Under the pieces are notes generated by a model. It was not told the DNA's origin. It saw only the letters and a list, made by a program, of their open reading frames with translations, and did not search any database. Positions 1 through 10,108 of a DNA stretch of 64,000 nucleotides are shown here, piece after piece (positions within the stretch are counted from its first letter, which is position 1; each line of letters opens with the position of its first letter). The position numbers and the translations under genes were made by a program. Source of the stretch: Candidatus Hydrogenedentota bacterium (GTDB lineage Bacteria; Hydrogenedentota; Hydrogenedentia; Hydrogenedentales; SLHB01); the NCBI GenBank assembly GCA_045863295.1, contig BTWA01000005.1, positions 128,001-192,000 of the forward strand. Direction: 5' to 3'.

Positions 1-661
1 CGCGCCTTCCGCGGCTATAGCCGTTTAGCTGGGCCAGTGCCTCCGGCAGTTCCGCCAATGCAGCAATCCTTGCATGTGCGCCTTGCCATTCCCGCTCATT
101 GCCGAAGCCGTACAGCGCCGCGACCGAATATATTCCGTGGGCGGATGCGGCACGTACATCATCCACCCGGTCCCCGATGACGACAGCCGGCCGGGTCTCG
201 CATTGGGCAAGCAGATATCCCGTCATTTCAATCTTGTCTTTGAAGCGATCCGCCCTGCACATGGGGATATCCACCAGTTCGCGCAAGCCGTGATGATCGA
301 GCACCTCGTCAAAATAGTCTTGGGGTGCGTTTGAGGATGTGGCGATAGTGCAGCCGCTTTCCTTCAATAGTCGCAGTGTGTCAATGGCACCCGGATACAA
401 GGCGCCCGCTTCGGCGATTAATTCCAATTCACGCTTATCGGTTTGCTCCACGATGACGTCTAGCATGCCGAGTGGGCACTGCTGCACCAACCACGCATGG
501 TAGTCTTCGACGTGCGCTCCAAAAAACGTCGCAATGATTTTCGCGTCGGGAACCGGGAGTCCGTGTGCGGCAAAAGTTTCCTGAACGGCGGGAATAGTGA
601 CGCGATCGGCTTGGAACAACGTACCATCGACATCGAATATCAGAAAGAGTTGTGAACTCAT
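1..661 (-). CDS. HAD-superfamily hydrolase (phosphoglycolate phosphatase-like), 3' end runs off window
   Basis: Manual translation from ATG at 661: MSSQLFLIFDVDGTLFQ (DxDGT motif I), later SNA and VIGDRVDD (motif IV). No stop in window, so it is absent from the ORF track. Confidence 0.85.
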   Translation of the reverse strand, partial: MSSQLFLIFDVDGTLFQADRVTIPAVQETFAAHGLPVPDAKIIATFFGAHVEDYHAWLVQQCPLGMLDVIVEQTDKRELELIAEAGALYPGAIDTLRLLKESGCTIATSSNAPQDYFDEVLDHHGLRELVDIPMCRADRFKDKIEMTGYLLAQCETRPAVVIGDRVDDVRAASAHGIYSVAALYGFGNEREWQGAHARIAALAELPEALAQLNGYSRGRR

Positions 662-769
662 GTTCTCGCTTCCGGTAGCGGTTTGCCGGAGATACTGGGC
701 AGGTGTACACTCTCGACTCGACTCTGGAACTTGCCCATTATGCCAAATCCCTGACATGGAGCGCCAAGC

Positions 770-1468
770 ATGAGACTGGTCTATCTTCAACATGTTGATG
801 CCGAGGACCTGGCAAACATCGAGCCCTGGGCGACAGCCAAAGGATTCGCCATCAGGGGCGTGCCGATGCATCGGGGCGGTGTGCTGCCAGATGTCCAGGA
901 CCTCGATTGGCTTGTGGTCATGGGTGGGCCAATGAATATCCACGAGCATGACGCGCATCCGTGGCTGGTTTCGGAGAAGGCGTTTATTCGCGCATGTATC
1001 GAAGTAGGCAAAACGGTTGTAGGCGTTTGTCTTGGAGGTCAACTCATTGCCGACGTGCTGGGCGGTCCGGTCACGCGCAATGAGTACAAGGAAATCGGAT
1101 GGTGGCCGGTCAACCTTACGGACGAAGGCGCGGCCCTGCCGTTGTTCGAGGGGTTTCCCAAGGAATTTGTGGCCTTCCACTGGCACGGAGATACGTTTGC
1201 CACGCCGCCCGGGGCGGTGCGCGTCATCGAATCCGAGGGTTGCGCGAATCAGGCGTATCTATATGGCGACCGGGTGCTGGGACTTCAGTTTCACCTTGAA
1301 GAATCGACAGCCGCCGTTGATCAGTTGCTGAAACACTTCGAGCACGAGATGACGCCGGGAAGATACGTGCAATCGCCGGAACAAGTGCGCGAAGGACAAT
1401 TGTACATTCCCGCGATGAACAAGCTGCTCTATAAAATGTTAGATGGGCTGTTTGCGAGTAACCGGTGA
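770..1468 (+). CDS. Class I glutamine amidotransferase-like protein
   Basis: GGPM, GVCLGGQ (nucleophile Cys), WHGDTF and LQFHLE (His-x-Glu). Confidence 0.9.
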   Translation: MRLVYLQHVDAEDLANIEPWATAKGFAIRGVPMHRGGVLPDVQDLDWLVVMGGPMNIHEHDAHPWLVSEKAFIRACIEVGKTVVGVCLGGQLIADVLGGPVTRNEYKEIGWWPVNLTDEGAALPLFEGFPKEFVAFHWHGDTFATPPGAVRVIESEGCANQAYLYGDRVLGLQFHLEESTAAVDQLLKHFEHEMTPGRYVQSPEQVREGQLYIPAMNKLLYKMLDGLFASNR

Positions 1469-1603
1469 ATGCGGAAAACGCCCACTCTCAACTGGCCGAG
1501 TGCGAACCGCACAGTATCCAATGAGTGAGCTTGTCTCTTCTTTCCAGCCCAACTTTGCACTGCATCCAACTCTACGTTGGGGTCGTGAAACGACACAATT
1601 CCT

Positions 1604-2281
1604 TTATTTCACAACCTTGGCGCGGATGACAATATCATCAAAACATCCGACATCGTCGAACGAGCCGATCCCGATGGCGCCAGTTGCGAACGTTTTGTCC
1701 TCGGCTACCATGATGGGCTTTTCCATGTCGTTGAAGTAGACTTCGATGCTGCCGGATTCGGTATTGCGAACGACACGCACAGTATTGTACGAGTCGGTTG
1801 ATCCCCAATCGGTGCCACTAGTGCGATCTTTCGCAATCGACACGCGTGGTTCGTTGTTCACGAGAAAGATTGAATTGGCGTGGTCATCGGCCTTCGTTGC
1901 GATGTGGACGTAATAAAAGTGAGCGGCATCCTGTTTGCCGAAAAAGATGCAGAGATCGCGATGTCCGTACTCCTTGCCGGTCTGCTTCAGCTTGCCTTCA
2001 AAGACAAAATCAGAAACGTTCAGGTCCTTAATCCACGCAATGTTCAACGGGGAACGCACCGGCGGAGCATAGTCGCTGCCTTGAAACAGATGAAAAACTT
2101 TGTTTCCGCCTTCGTCCTCGATCTTCCAGGCCTTTGTGTCGGTCGGTTCCCAACGATCGGCGCCGTTTTCGAAATCATCCTCGAACACAACTGGCAATTT
2201 GTCCTCGGCCTTCGTGTCCTCCGCCGTTGCACAGCAGCTTAGCACAAACACAGCGGCGGCGGTCCAAGTCAGATTTCGCAT
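1604..2281 (-). CDS. Secreted beta-sandwich (DUF1080/ConA-like) protein
   Basis: Signal peptide; FEDDFE start and GAIGIGSFDD..FDDIVI end are typical of this fold; GGAGG RBS upstream. Confidence 0.6.
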   Translation of the reverse strand: MRNLTWTAAAVFVLSCCATAEDTKAEDKLPVVFEDDFENGADRWEPTDTKAWKIEDEGGNKVFHLFQGSDYAPPVRSPLNIAWIKDLNVSDFVFEGKLKQTGKEYGHRDLCIFFGKQDAAHFYYVHIATKADDHANSIFLVNNEPRVSIAKDRTSGTDWGSTDSYNTVRVVRNTESGSIEVYFNDMEKPIMVAEDKTFATGAIGIGSFDDVGCFDDIVIRAKVVK

Positions 2282-2305
2282 GGCATTTCCTCCAGTAGTC
2301 GCCGA

Positions 2306-3028
2306 TTAATCTTCATCGCCCAGATAGGCCTCTTTTACTCTTGGATCGGTTAGAAGCGAGGCCGCTTTGTCCTGCAAGACGATTTCGCCCGTTTCCAGCA
2401 CGTAGCCGCGGTGCGCGAGCCTCAACGCGAGATGCGCGTTCTGCTCCACCAGCAAGATGGTCATGCCCTGCTGATTCAGTTCGCGAATGGTTTCGAAAAT
2501 TTTCGCGGTCAGGATCGGGGCGACGCCCATGGAGGGCTCGTCCATCAACAACAATTTGGGCCGGCTCATCATGGCGCGGCCGATTGCGAGCATCTGCTGT
2601 TCGCCGCCGGACAACGTGCCGCCCAACTGACGGCGGCGTTCACCCAGGATAGGAAACAGCGCGTAGACTTTATCGAGGTCCGACTTCACACCGTCCGCAT
2701 CCCGCCTCAAATAGGCACCGAGTTCCAAATTTTCCAGCACGGTCAATTTAGAGAAGATCCGGCGGCCTTCGGGCACCTGGGCCAGACCGCGCGCTACAAG
2801 CGTATGCGCTTTGCAGTTGGCAATGTTTCTGCCATCAAAATGAATAGCGCCTTTGCGGACTGGATGAATGCCGGAAACGCACATCAAGGTTGAGGACTTT
2901 CCCGCACCGTTCGCACCTATCAACGTCACGATTTCCCCGGGAAAAACATCCAGCGAGACGCCCTTCAGCGCCTCGATAGGTCCGTAGCCGGCCCGCACCT
3001 CTTTAATGGACAGAAGCGGCTCTGCCAT
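2306..3028 (-). CDS. livF: Branched-chain amino acid ABC transporter ATPase
   Basis: GANGAGKS, VPEGRRIF, LSGGEQQMLAIGR, LLVEQN. Confidence 0.93.
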   Translation of the reverse strand: MAEPLLSIKEVRAGYGPIEALKGVSLDVFPGEIVTLIGANGAGKSSTLMCVSGIHPVRKGAIHFDGRNIANCKAHTLVARGLAQVPEGRRIFSKLTVLENLELGAYLRRDADGVKSDLDKVYALFPILGERRRQLGGTLSGGEQQMLAIGRAMMSRPKLLLMDEPSMGVAPILTAKIFETIRELNQQGMTILLVEQNAHLALRLAHRGYVLETGEIVLQDKAASLLTDPRVKEAYLGDED

Positions 3029-4059
3029 CAGACGTTTTCCGTGCCGAGATAGGCCTTGCGCACCTTGGGGTCGGCCTGCACTTCATCCGGCGTGCCTTCG
3101 GCAATCTTATTTCCGTAATCGAGCACCGCAATGCGATCGGAGACGCTCATGACGAGATCCATGTGATGTTCGATTAACACGACGGCAATACCGCGATCCC
3201 GTATTTTTCGAATGAGGCCCATCAACTCCACCGATTCCGTCGGATTCATACCCGCTGCGGGTTCGTCGAGGAGAATGATTTTCGGTTCGCTGGCCAGCGC
3301 GCGCGCGATCTCAAGCCGCCGTTGATGTCCGTAGGAAAGCGAAGCAGCGGGTGCGCTGGCGTCGTCGTCGAGTTCGACAAACTCGAGCAATTCCATGGCC
3401 TTCCTCTGTGCGTGCGCCTTTTCCTTAAAGTAATACGGCAATCTGAAGGCCGCGTGCCAGAATCTGGATCGGAGTTTGGTGTCCATACCTACCAATACAT
3501 TCTCCAACACGGTCATCTGGTGGAAGAGGCGCGGATTCTGAAATGTCCGCGCCACACCACAGTTGGCCACGGCATCGGGGGTGCGCCTCGCACGATTCCA
3601 CACCGCATACGCTCCCGCCAAACCAATCCCAAACCCAGCCGCCGCGGGCAGGGCGTTCAACGTCCACGGCTGTTGCCGGAAGAACGTTATGCTGTCCGCG
3701 AGCGCTTTTCGCCATGGAAACGCTTGCTGATAAACATAGTTCGCCGTGATTGAAGCATCCCAGAGGCCCTGTAAATTGAGCGCGGCTGCGCAACCCAGCG
3801 AGGTCAGGCACGTAACGAGGATCAGGCCTGTGGCGGTGGTGAGCGTAAATGGTCGCATACCACGGACACCGCCAATCAATACGGCGCCCTCCGTGGGTTC
3901 GTACACTCCGGTAATTGCGTTGAAGATGGTTGTCTTGCCTGCGCCATTGGGGCCGATAATCGAAAAGATCTGCCCGCTTTCCACTTTCACGTCGACGTTG
4001 TTTACTGCGGTCAGTCCGCCGAAACGCAACGTGACATTTTTAACATGCAGCAAGCTCAT
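3028..4059 (-). CDS. livG: Branched-chain amino acid ABC transporter ATPase with ~90-aa hydrophobic insertion
   Basis: Start MSLLHVK overlaps livM stop; GPNGAGKTT, ARTFQN, LSYGHQRRLEIARAL, LIEHHM, AYLG. Confidence 0.9.
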   Translation of the reverse strand: MSLLHVKNVTLRFGGLTAVNNVDVKVESGQIFSIIGPNGAGKTTIFNAITGVYEPTEGAVLIGGVRGMRPFTLTTATGLILVTCLTSLGCAAALNLQGLWDASITANYVYQQAFPWRKALADSITFFRQQPWTLNALPAAAGFGIGLAGAYAVWNRARRTPDAVANCGVARTFQNPRLFHQMTVLENVLVGMDTKLRSRFWHAAFRLPYYFKEKAHAQRKAMELLEFVELDDDASAPAASLSYGHQRRLEIARALASEPKIILLDEPAAGMNPTESVELMGLIRKIRDRGIAVVLIEHHMDLVMSVSDRIAVLDYGNKIAEGTPDEVQADPKVRKAYLGTENV

Positions 4060-5144
4060 CACGGACAGGCTTTCTTCTTTTTTGCGGCGCGCGCGTCTTC
4101 GTCGGCTTCGTGCAATTCCGCGCGCACTTGTCGCGAAGGCAGCAATCCCTCCGGTTTGAACCGCATGGTGAGGATGAGCGCCAGACCAAAGACCATGTAT
4201 TTCCAATTGCCGGGAACAGTCAATACATTTTGTGTATCGACGATGCCACGCTGTGTAAGGATATCCGTCAACTTAACCAGAATGATGGAATTAAATCCTA
4301 CCATGACCAAGGCGCCGAGCAACACGCCGCTAATATTGCCCATACCGCCGATGATGACCATGCAAAGCGCAATAATGGAGATATTGAAGTCGTAATTGCC
4401 GGGCTCGCCCGTCGAGCCCAGATAGGCCGCCCACAGTGCGCCGGACAGACTTGCCAGCGACGCGCCCATGGCAAAAGCCAACAACTTGGTCTTTACCGGA
4501 TTGATGCCCATGCATGTGGCTGCAATTTCGTCCTCGCGGATCGAAATCCACGAGCGGCCCACCCGCGAATGCTCCAGATTGCGGTTCAAGATCACAACCA
4601 CGGCCAACACTGCCAGTAACAAAAAGTACCATGGCCGCCAGTTTTCCGAAACGAGCACATAGCCAAACACAGAAGGTGGTGGAAGCGGATTTATGCCTTG
4701 CGTGCCTTGGGTGATTGAATCGAGATTCTTCAGCGAATCCTGCACCATCTCGCCGAAACCGAGCGTTACAATGGCCAAATAGTCGCCACGCAACCGAATG
4801 GTCGGCAATCCCAGCACGAACCCGGCCGTGGCCCCCACGAGAAGGGTAACGCCGAGGGCGGACCAGAACCCCAATTGAAACGGATAGATGTCGCACGTGA
4901 ATATCGCGTAGCTGTAGGCGCCTATTGCCATGAACGCAGCCACACCCAGATTCAACAATCCGGTGTAGCCCGTAACGATATTCAGGCCGAGCCCAAGAAT
5001 CGCGAAAATGAAGATTGGGCGCATGAGCGCGGCGTGTTGTATCAGGGGTGGCAGGAATGGGTCCACAAAGGGGAGCAGAAGCGCAATGGCCAATAAGATC
5101 CAAATGGAATGGAGAACGAGGAATCGGCGAAGGCTTCGCAGCAT
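4059..5144 (-). CDS. livM: Branched-chain amino acid ABC transporter permease
   Basis: LGLNIVTGYTGLLNLG, RLRGDYLAIVTLGFGE, IREDEIAA. Confidence 0.93.
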   Translation of the reverse strand: MLRSLRRFLVLHSIWILLAIALLLPFVDPFLPPLIQHAALMRPIFIFAILGLGLNIVTGYTGLLNLGVAAFMAIGAYSYAIFTCDIYPFQLGFWSALGVTLLVGATAGFVLGLPTIRLRGDYLAIVTLGFGEMVQDSLKNLDSITQGTQGINPLPPPSVFGYVLVSENWRPWYFLLLAVLAVVVILNRNLEHSRVGRSWISIREDEIAATCMGINPVKTKLLAFAMGASLASLSGALWAAYLGSTGEPGNYDFNISIIALCMVIIGGMGNISGVLLGALVMVGFNSIILVKLTDILTQRGIVDTQNVLTVPGNWKYMVFGLALILTMRFKPEGLLPSRQVRAELHEADEDARAAKKKKACP

Positions 5145-5146
5145 GC

Positions 5147-6109
5147 CTACACCTTTTCACGGGCGGGCACGCCCAACAGGCCGGAAGGCCGAAACGTCAA
5201 TACCACCACCAGGATCGTGAATACGACTACATTGGTCCATTCGGTGGCGATGTATTGGTCACTCATGGCGCGAATGATACCGATCACGATTCCGCCCAGC
5301 ATGGCCCCTGGCAGGTTACCGATGCCGCCCAGCACCGCTGCGGTGAATGCATCCATGCCCACGCGAAAACCCATTTGAAAATAGATGGTTTGGTTGTACG
5401 ACGCGTAGACAACACTGGCCACGCCGGCGAGCGCGCCGCCAATCAAAAACGTGGAACCAATGACGCGATCCACGTCGACGCCCATGAGCCTTGCCGCGAC
5501 GGGATTCTGTGCCACCGCCCGCATGGCCTTTCCCAGCCGTGTGAACTTCACCAGCATGCTCAGCCCGATCATCATGGGCACTGTGATTCCAAAGACCAGC
5601 AACTCATTCCACGTCAAGATAATGTTGCTCTCGTCACCCAACAGGTTCGTACTGGATACGAGCGCGGGGAAATCCTTTGGCGCAGCGGCGGCCACGCCGT
5701 CGCTGAAGACGTCCATGGGGAGGCCGCCCCAAAACAGCCCCAGATTTAGAAACACGAACGAAACGCCGATGGCGGATACCAACGGCGCCAGGCGTGGCGC
5801 ATTGCGCAATGGACGGTATGCCAGACGATCCACGCTCCAATTCAACGTGGCGCAGAAGATGGGCACCGCAATAAAGAGCGGGATGACCCCCCAGGAGACC
5901 ATCGCCGGTTCGGCCATTTGATCCAGGCCGAGAGCGCCCAGAATGGTAAGGGCCAGAAACGTGCCAAGCATAAACAAGTCGCCATGGGCGAAATTGATCA
6001 ACTCGACAATGCCATACACCATGGTGTAGCCAAGCGCGATAAGGGCAATGATCGTGCCGTTCGAAAGGCCTATGATCAATTGCTGCAGAAAAACCTCGGT
6101 GTTGGTCAT
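5147..6109 (-). CDS. livH: Branched-chain amino acid ABC transporter permease
   Basis: ALGYTMVYGIVELINFAHG, AFTAAVLGGIG, FRPSGLLG; start taken at ATG 6109 (MTNTEV). Confidence 0.93.
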   Translation of the reverse strand: MTNTEVFLQQLIIGLSNGTIIALIALGYTMVYGIVELINFAHGDLFMLGTFLALTILGALGLDQMAEPAMVSWGVIPLFIAVPIFCATLNWSVDRLAYRPLRNAPRLAPLVSAIGVSFVFLNLGLFWGGLPMDVFSDGVAAAAPKDFPALVSSTNLLGDESNIILTWNELLVFGITVPMMIGLSMLVKFTRLGKAMRAVAQNPVAARLMGVDVDRVIGSTFLIGGALAGVASVVYASYNQTIYFQMGFRVGMDAFTAAVLGGIGNLPGAMLGGIVIGIIRAMSDQYIATEWTNVVVFTILVVVLTFRPSGLLGVPAREKV

Positions 6110-6142
6110 CGTTGCGCGGACACCCCCCAAGTGCCGTGGGCT

Positions 6143-7345
6143 TTACTGCCCGAGAATCTTCACGAATTCGAACTTGCCGTTTTTCACCGTGTTGCCGCTC
6201 AGCGTTTTCATGGTGATGTCACCGTTCTCGTCAAACGACCATTTTCCCAGCAAGCCGTCGAAATCCTTGATTTGGCCGCATGCGGCGGAAATGGCCGCGC
6301 GGTCTTTCTTTCCGGCGATTCGGATAGCTTCGAGCACCGCCCGCGCGGATTCGTATCCATAGGCCGAATAGGCCTGCGGTTCGCTGTTGTATTTTTCCTT
6401 GTACCGTTGGTAGTAGTCGGCGCCCTTGCCCGTCAGCTTGTCCGCCGGCAATCCGCCAAACGTGATAAATGTGTTGCCTTCCAGATTGTTGGCGCCCGCG
6501 GCTTGAATGAACGCATCTTCAAAACAGCCGTCGGGCACCATGTACTTCACCGTCAAATTGGCTGACCGCAAGTCCTTGGCGATTTGCCCCGCGTTTGTTT
6601 GCGTCGTGCCGCCGAAGTACACCAGGTCGGGCCGCTTCTGTTTGATCTTCGTCACCAGCGACCGGTAGTTCGCGGCTTTGGGGTCGATTCCTTCAAAGCC
6701 CACGATTTGCAAACCCAGCGGACCACTCGATTTTTCAAACATCGTCGCGATGCCTTTGCCGTAGAGTTCGCGATCGTGCAGGATGAACACCTTCGTGCAG
6801 CCCAACTCTTTGGCCCATTGCGCGGCCACCATGCCTTGAATATCGTCCGCGGGCACCACCCTATAATACGTGATCTTACCGGAAGGCCGGTAAATGCCCG
6901 GCTCGTTCGCTTCGCCAATCTTCGGCTTAGTCAATCCCGGCCACGTGTTCGCTGGGCTCACCATCAGCAATTGCGCCTGATTCAGCTTCGGCATCGCAAT
7001 TTTCGCGGCACCGCTGTTAAACGTCCCGATATAGGCCATGATGTCCGGGTCCGCCACTGCCTTGTCCGCGTTGGCCGCTTCCACGGCCGGATCCCACTGG
7101 CCTCGCTCCGGCGAGGCGTCGTCCCACGCTTCGTATTGGATCGTGAACTCGCCCACTTTTCCGCCCACCTCGTCAATGGCGAGTTTAATGCCATTCACAA
7201 TGGTCATAATCTGCGCGTTGGCACTGCCCGTCCGGGGCAGGCTGGACACGATCTTAATCACGTTCGGGGTTTGGGCAAGCGTAACCGGCGCGGCCGCAAA
7301 AAGCGCGATCGCCGCCAAGCATGCACACCATGTAAAGCGCCGCAT
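6143..7345 (-). CDS. livK: Branched-chain amino acid ABC transporter substrate-binding protein
   Basis: Signal peptide, IGTFNSG, SPANT, D..YGKGIA, F...GD C-terminal motif; first gene of the liv operon. Confidence 0.85.
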   Translation of the reverse strand: MRRFTWCACLAAIALFAAAPVTLAQTPNVIKIVSSLPRTGSANAQIMTIVNGIKLAIDEVGGKVGEFTIQYEAWDDASPERGQWDPAVEAANADKAVADPDIMAYIGTFNSGAAKIAMPKLNQAQLLMVSPANTWPGLTKPKIGEANEPGIYRPSGKITYYRVVPADDIQGMVAAQWAKELGCTKVFILHDRELYGKGIATMFEKSSGPLGLQIVGFEGIDPKAANYRSLVTKIKQKRPDLVYFGGTTQTNAGQIAKDLRSANLTVKYMVPDGCFEDAFIQAAGANNLEGNTFITFGGLPADKLTGKGADYYQRYKEKYNSEPQAYSAYGYESARAVLEAIRIAGKKDRAAISAACGQIKDFDGLLGKWSFDENGDITMKTLSGNTVKNGKFEFVKILGQ

Positions 7346-7643
7346 GTGAATGCATCTCCTGGTGTTTGGGATTCAGGCCGCGCGCCGTCCGGCGGTAGTC
7401 CGCCTCCGCGGCAAGGGCCATTGGGTGCCTTCGGAATATCCAGACGCGGCAATACAATGTGTATTCACCGCTCTGGACTCTGATTGTCCATGAGAACGGC
7501 CCCGAATTCAAGGTTTTCAGGCTCACTCACCATTGCGCCGCACCCCAAGGGGTAGCCTCTCTATGAACCGGCGCACGGTCCTGTTGTACAATTCCCGGAT
7601 TGCGCCGCATGCCCTTCGCGACACACGAACAGGTGCCCAAGCC

Positions 7644-8495
7644 ATGGACCGCGTCACGCTACTGATCAAATGCCCCGACCGAAAAGGCATCGTTGCCCGG
7701 ATATCCCAATTCATTTTTGAGACGGGCGGCAACATCATTACCTCGGATCAGCACACCACCGATCCCGAAGGGGGCCGGTTTTTCATGCGCCTCGAATTCA
7801 GCCTGGACACATCCGGGTCGCATCGGGCGGAATTTGAAACGGCTTGTGCGGCGATGGCGGCGTCCATTGGCGCGGAGTGGGAGGCCCACTACGCCAGCCG
7901 CACCATGCGCGTAGGGATTCTCGTCTCCAAACAGGATCATTGTCTGCTCGACCTGCTCTATAGGCGCCGGCGCAGGGAATTAGAAATCGACATTCCTTTT
8001 GTCATTGGGAACCACGAAGAGTCGCGCGAAACGGCGGAACGATACGGCGTTCCATTTCATTACATACCGGTCACCCCTGCCACTAAACTTCAGGCCGAGC
8101 GCGCCATGCTCGATCTCGTGGCGGAGTCCACCGATTTTCTGGTTTTGGCGCGGTACATGCAAGTGTTGTCCGATGGGTTCCTGGGGGCCTATGGGAAAGA
8201 CATCATCAATATCCACCACAGTTTCCTGCCCAGCTTCAAAGGCGCCGATCCTTACCGGCAAGCCTACGAACGCGGCGTCAAAGTTATCGGCGCTACGGCC
8301 CATTATGTCACCGCCGCGCTTGACGAGGGTCCCATCATTGAGCAGGTGGTCGAGCGTGTGAACCCCCGCGATAATGTCGCCGATCTCCGCCGGAAAGGAA
8401 GGCTTCTAGAGCAGCAAGCGCTGGCCAATGCCATTCATGCGCATGTGGAGCACCGTATAATCCGGGACGGTCACAAGACCATCGTATTTCAATAA
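7644..8495 (+). CDS. purU: Formyltetrahydrofolate deformylase
   Basis: ACT domain CPDRKGIV; LARYMQ, INIHHSFLP, GVKVIGATAHYVT, LDEGPIIEQ. Confidence 0.95.
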   Translation: MDRVTLLIKCPDRKGIVARISQFIFETGGNIITSDQHTTDPEGGRFFMRLEFSLDTSGSHRAEFETACAAMAASIGAEWEAHYASRTMRVGILVSKQDHCLLDLLYRRRRRELEIDIPFVIGNHEESRETAERYGVPFHYIPVTPATKLQAERAMLDLVAESTDFLVLARYMQVLSDGFLGAYGKDIINIHHSFLPSFKGADPYRQAYERGVKVIGATAHYVTAALDEGPIIEQVVERVNPRDNVADLRRKGRLLEQQALANAIHAHVEHRIIRDGHKTIVFQ

Positions 8496-8597
8496 TGCGC
8501 GCCGCCGCCCCGTTAGTGTAGAATCAAACTCTTTGGGTCGCACACAGTTTGTCGCCCGGATTGCACCCGCAACCGGCGATTGAAGGGAGAACCAGTC

Positions 8598-9884
8598 ATG
8601 TCCAAGTTGGCGCTGTTCGGGGGAACGCCGGTCCGGGCGAAGACGGCCAAATGGCCTCAATGGCCCATTCACGACGCGGCCGATGTGAAGTTGATGAGCA
8701 AAGTGGTCCAATCCAACCGTTGGTCCTACGACGGACCGGTAGAATGGCAGTTCGCCAAGGATTTTGCGGCGTACCACAAATCCAAATACGGCATCTGCTG
8801 CGCAAACGGCACCATCGGCATCCAGATCGCTCTTGAAGCCCTCGGCATCGGGCAAGGCGATGAAGTCATCGTCCCCGGATACACCTGGCAAGCCACCGCC
8901 GCCGCCGTGCTTGATGTCAACGCGCTTCCCGTCCTGGTCGATGTGGAACCCGACACCTGGTGCCTCGACGTGGCCAAGGCCGAAGCCGCCATCACCAAGA
9001 ACACGAAGGCCATTATCGTCGTTCATCTCTACGGATGCATGACTGACTTGACCAAACTCAAATCACTCTGCAAGAAAAAAGGCCTCTACCTTGTCGAAGA
9101 TTGTGCCCACCAACACGGCGCGTTCTGGAAAGGCAAAGGCGTCGGCGCCATCGGCGACATTTCCAGCTTCAGCTTCCAGGAGTCAAAAGTGCTCTCCTCG
9201 GGCGAGGGCGGCTTCAACATGACCCAAGACAAAGTCCTGTTCGAACGCCTGTACTCGCTTCGCAATTGCGGACGCGGCTACATGGACGATATGACCAACG
9301 CCATGCAATCCGGCAATTTCCGAATCACCGAGTTCCAATCCGTTATCCTGGCCGGTGGCTTGAAGCGCCTTGACAAGCAGGTGAAATTGCGCGATGCCAA
9401 CGCGCAATACCTGAACAAGATGCTCGCGCAGATTCCCGGCATTTTGCCCATGCGCCGCCGGAAAGAGATTGATCAAGCCAGCTACTTCAACTTCACCTTC
9501 CGGCTTGACTGGAACACGCTTGGCGGCGGGAAAGACTTGACGAATGCTCACTTTACCAAGGCGCTCTCCGCCGAACTTGGCTCCAACTGGGAACCGCCTT
9601 ACGAACCGCTGAACAAGTGCCACCTTTACAAGCCCCACACCAAGAAGCGGTACAACCTGAGCGCGGCCTACTGGAAAGCCATCGATCCCAAACGCGTCAG
9701 CCTGCCCGTCTGCGAAGACGCCTTCGGCAAGACCGGCGTCGCTGTGCATCACCACGTGTTGTTGGGAACGAAGAAAGACATGGACAACATCGCCACCGCC
9801 GTCGCCAAAGTCGCCGCCCATGTCGACGACCTCAAAGCCCTCGGCAACATCACCTTCAAAAAAGGCCGCCCGCTCCCCAAGTAA
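8598..9884 (+). CDS. DegT/DnrJ/EryC1/StrS family PLP-dependent aminotransferase
   Basis: NGT, GDEVIVP, VEDCAHQHG, SFQESK (PLP Lys) ..GEGG. Confidence 0.9.
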   Translation: MSKLALFGGTPVRAKTAKWPQWPIHDAADVKLMSKVVQSNRWSYDGPVEWQFAKDFAAYHKSKYGICCANGTIGIQIALEALGIGQGDEVIVPGYTWQATAAAVLDVNALPVLVDVEPDTWCLDVAKAEAAITKNTKAIIVVHLYGCMTDLTKLKSLCKKKGLYLVEDCAHQHGAFWKGKGVGAIGDISSFSFQESKVLSSGEGGFNMTQDKVLFERLYSLRNCGRGYMDDMTNAMQSGNFRITEFQSVILAGGLKRLDKQVKLRDANAQYLNKMLAQIPGILPMRRRKEIDQASYFNFTFRLDWNTLGGGKDLTNAHFTKALSAELGSNWEPPYEPLNKCHLYKPHTKKRYNLSAAYWKAIDPKRVSLPVCEDAFGKTGVAVHHHVLLGTKKDMDNIATAVAKVAAHVDDLKALGNITFKKGRPLPK

Positions 9885-9899
9885 CCGCACGAACATACA

Positions 9900-9939
9900 C
9901 GCCGCCGCCAGATGCAAATCCGGCGGCGGCGTTTTCTTT
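9900..9939 (+). terminator. Rho-independent terminator
   Basis: CGCCGCCGCC-a-GAT-gcaa-ATC-c-GGCGGCGGCG stem followed by TTTTCTTT just after the aminotransferase stop. Confidence 0.85.
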
Positions 9940-10108
9940 AGTGGGTGGGATTGGACTTGGGTCGGATTCTGTCGACTGACGGAGCGCGCTTTCGATTAAG
10001 CAATGCCAGCCAGATGTCGGTGCTCCAATGTGCCAGCACTGCCGGCGCACGACAAGCGTGAGATACAGACATTCCGGCGCAATCCAGATAGAAGTATGTG
10101 CTCCTCGG

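Noticed and set aside
7346..7643. Riboswitch (e.g. ZTP) between livK and purU
   Set aside because: No match to a consensus that I could recognise by eye; an Infernal/Rfam scan would settle it
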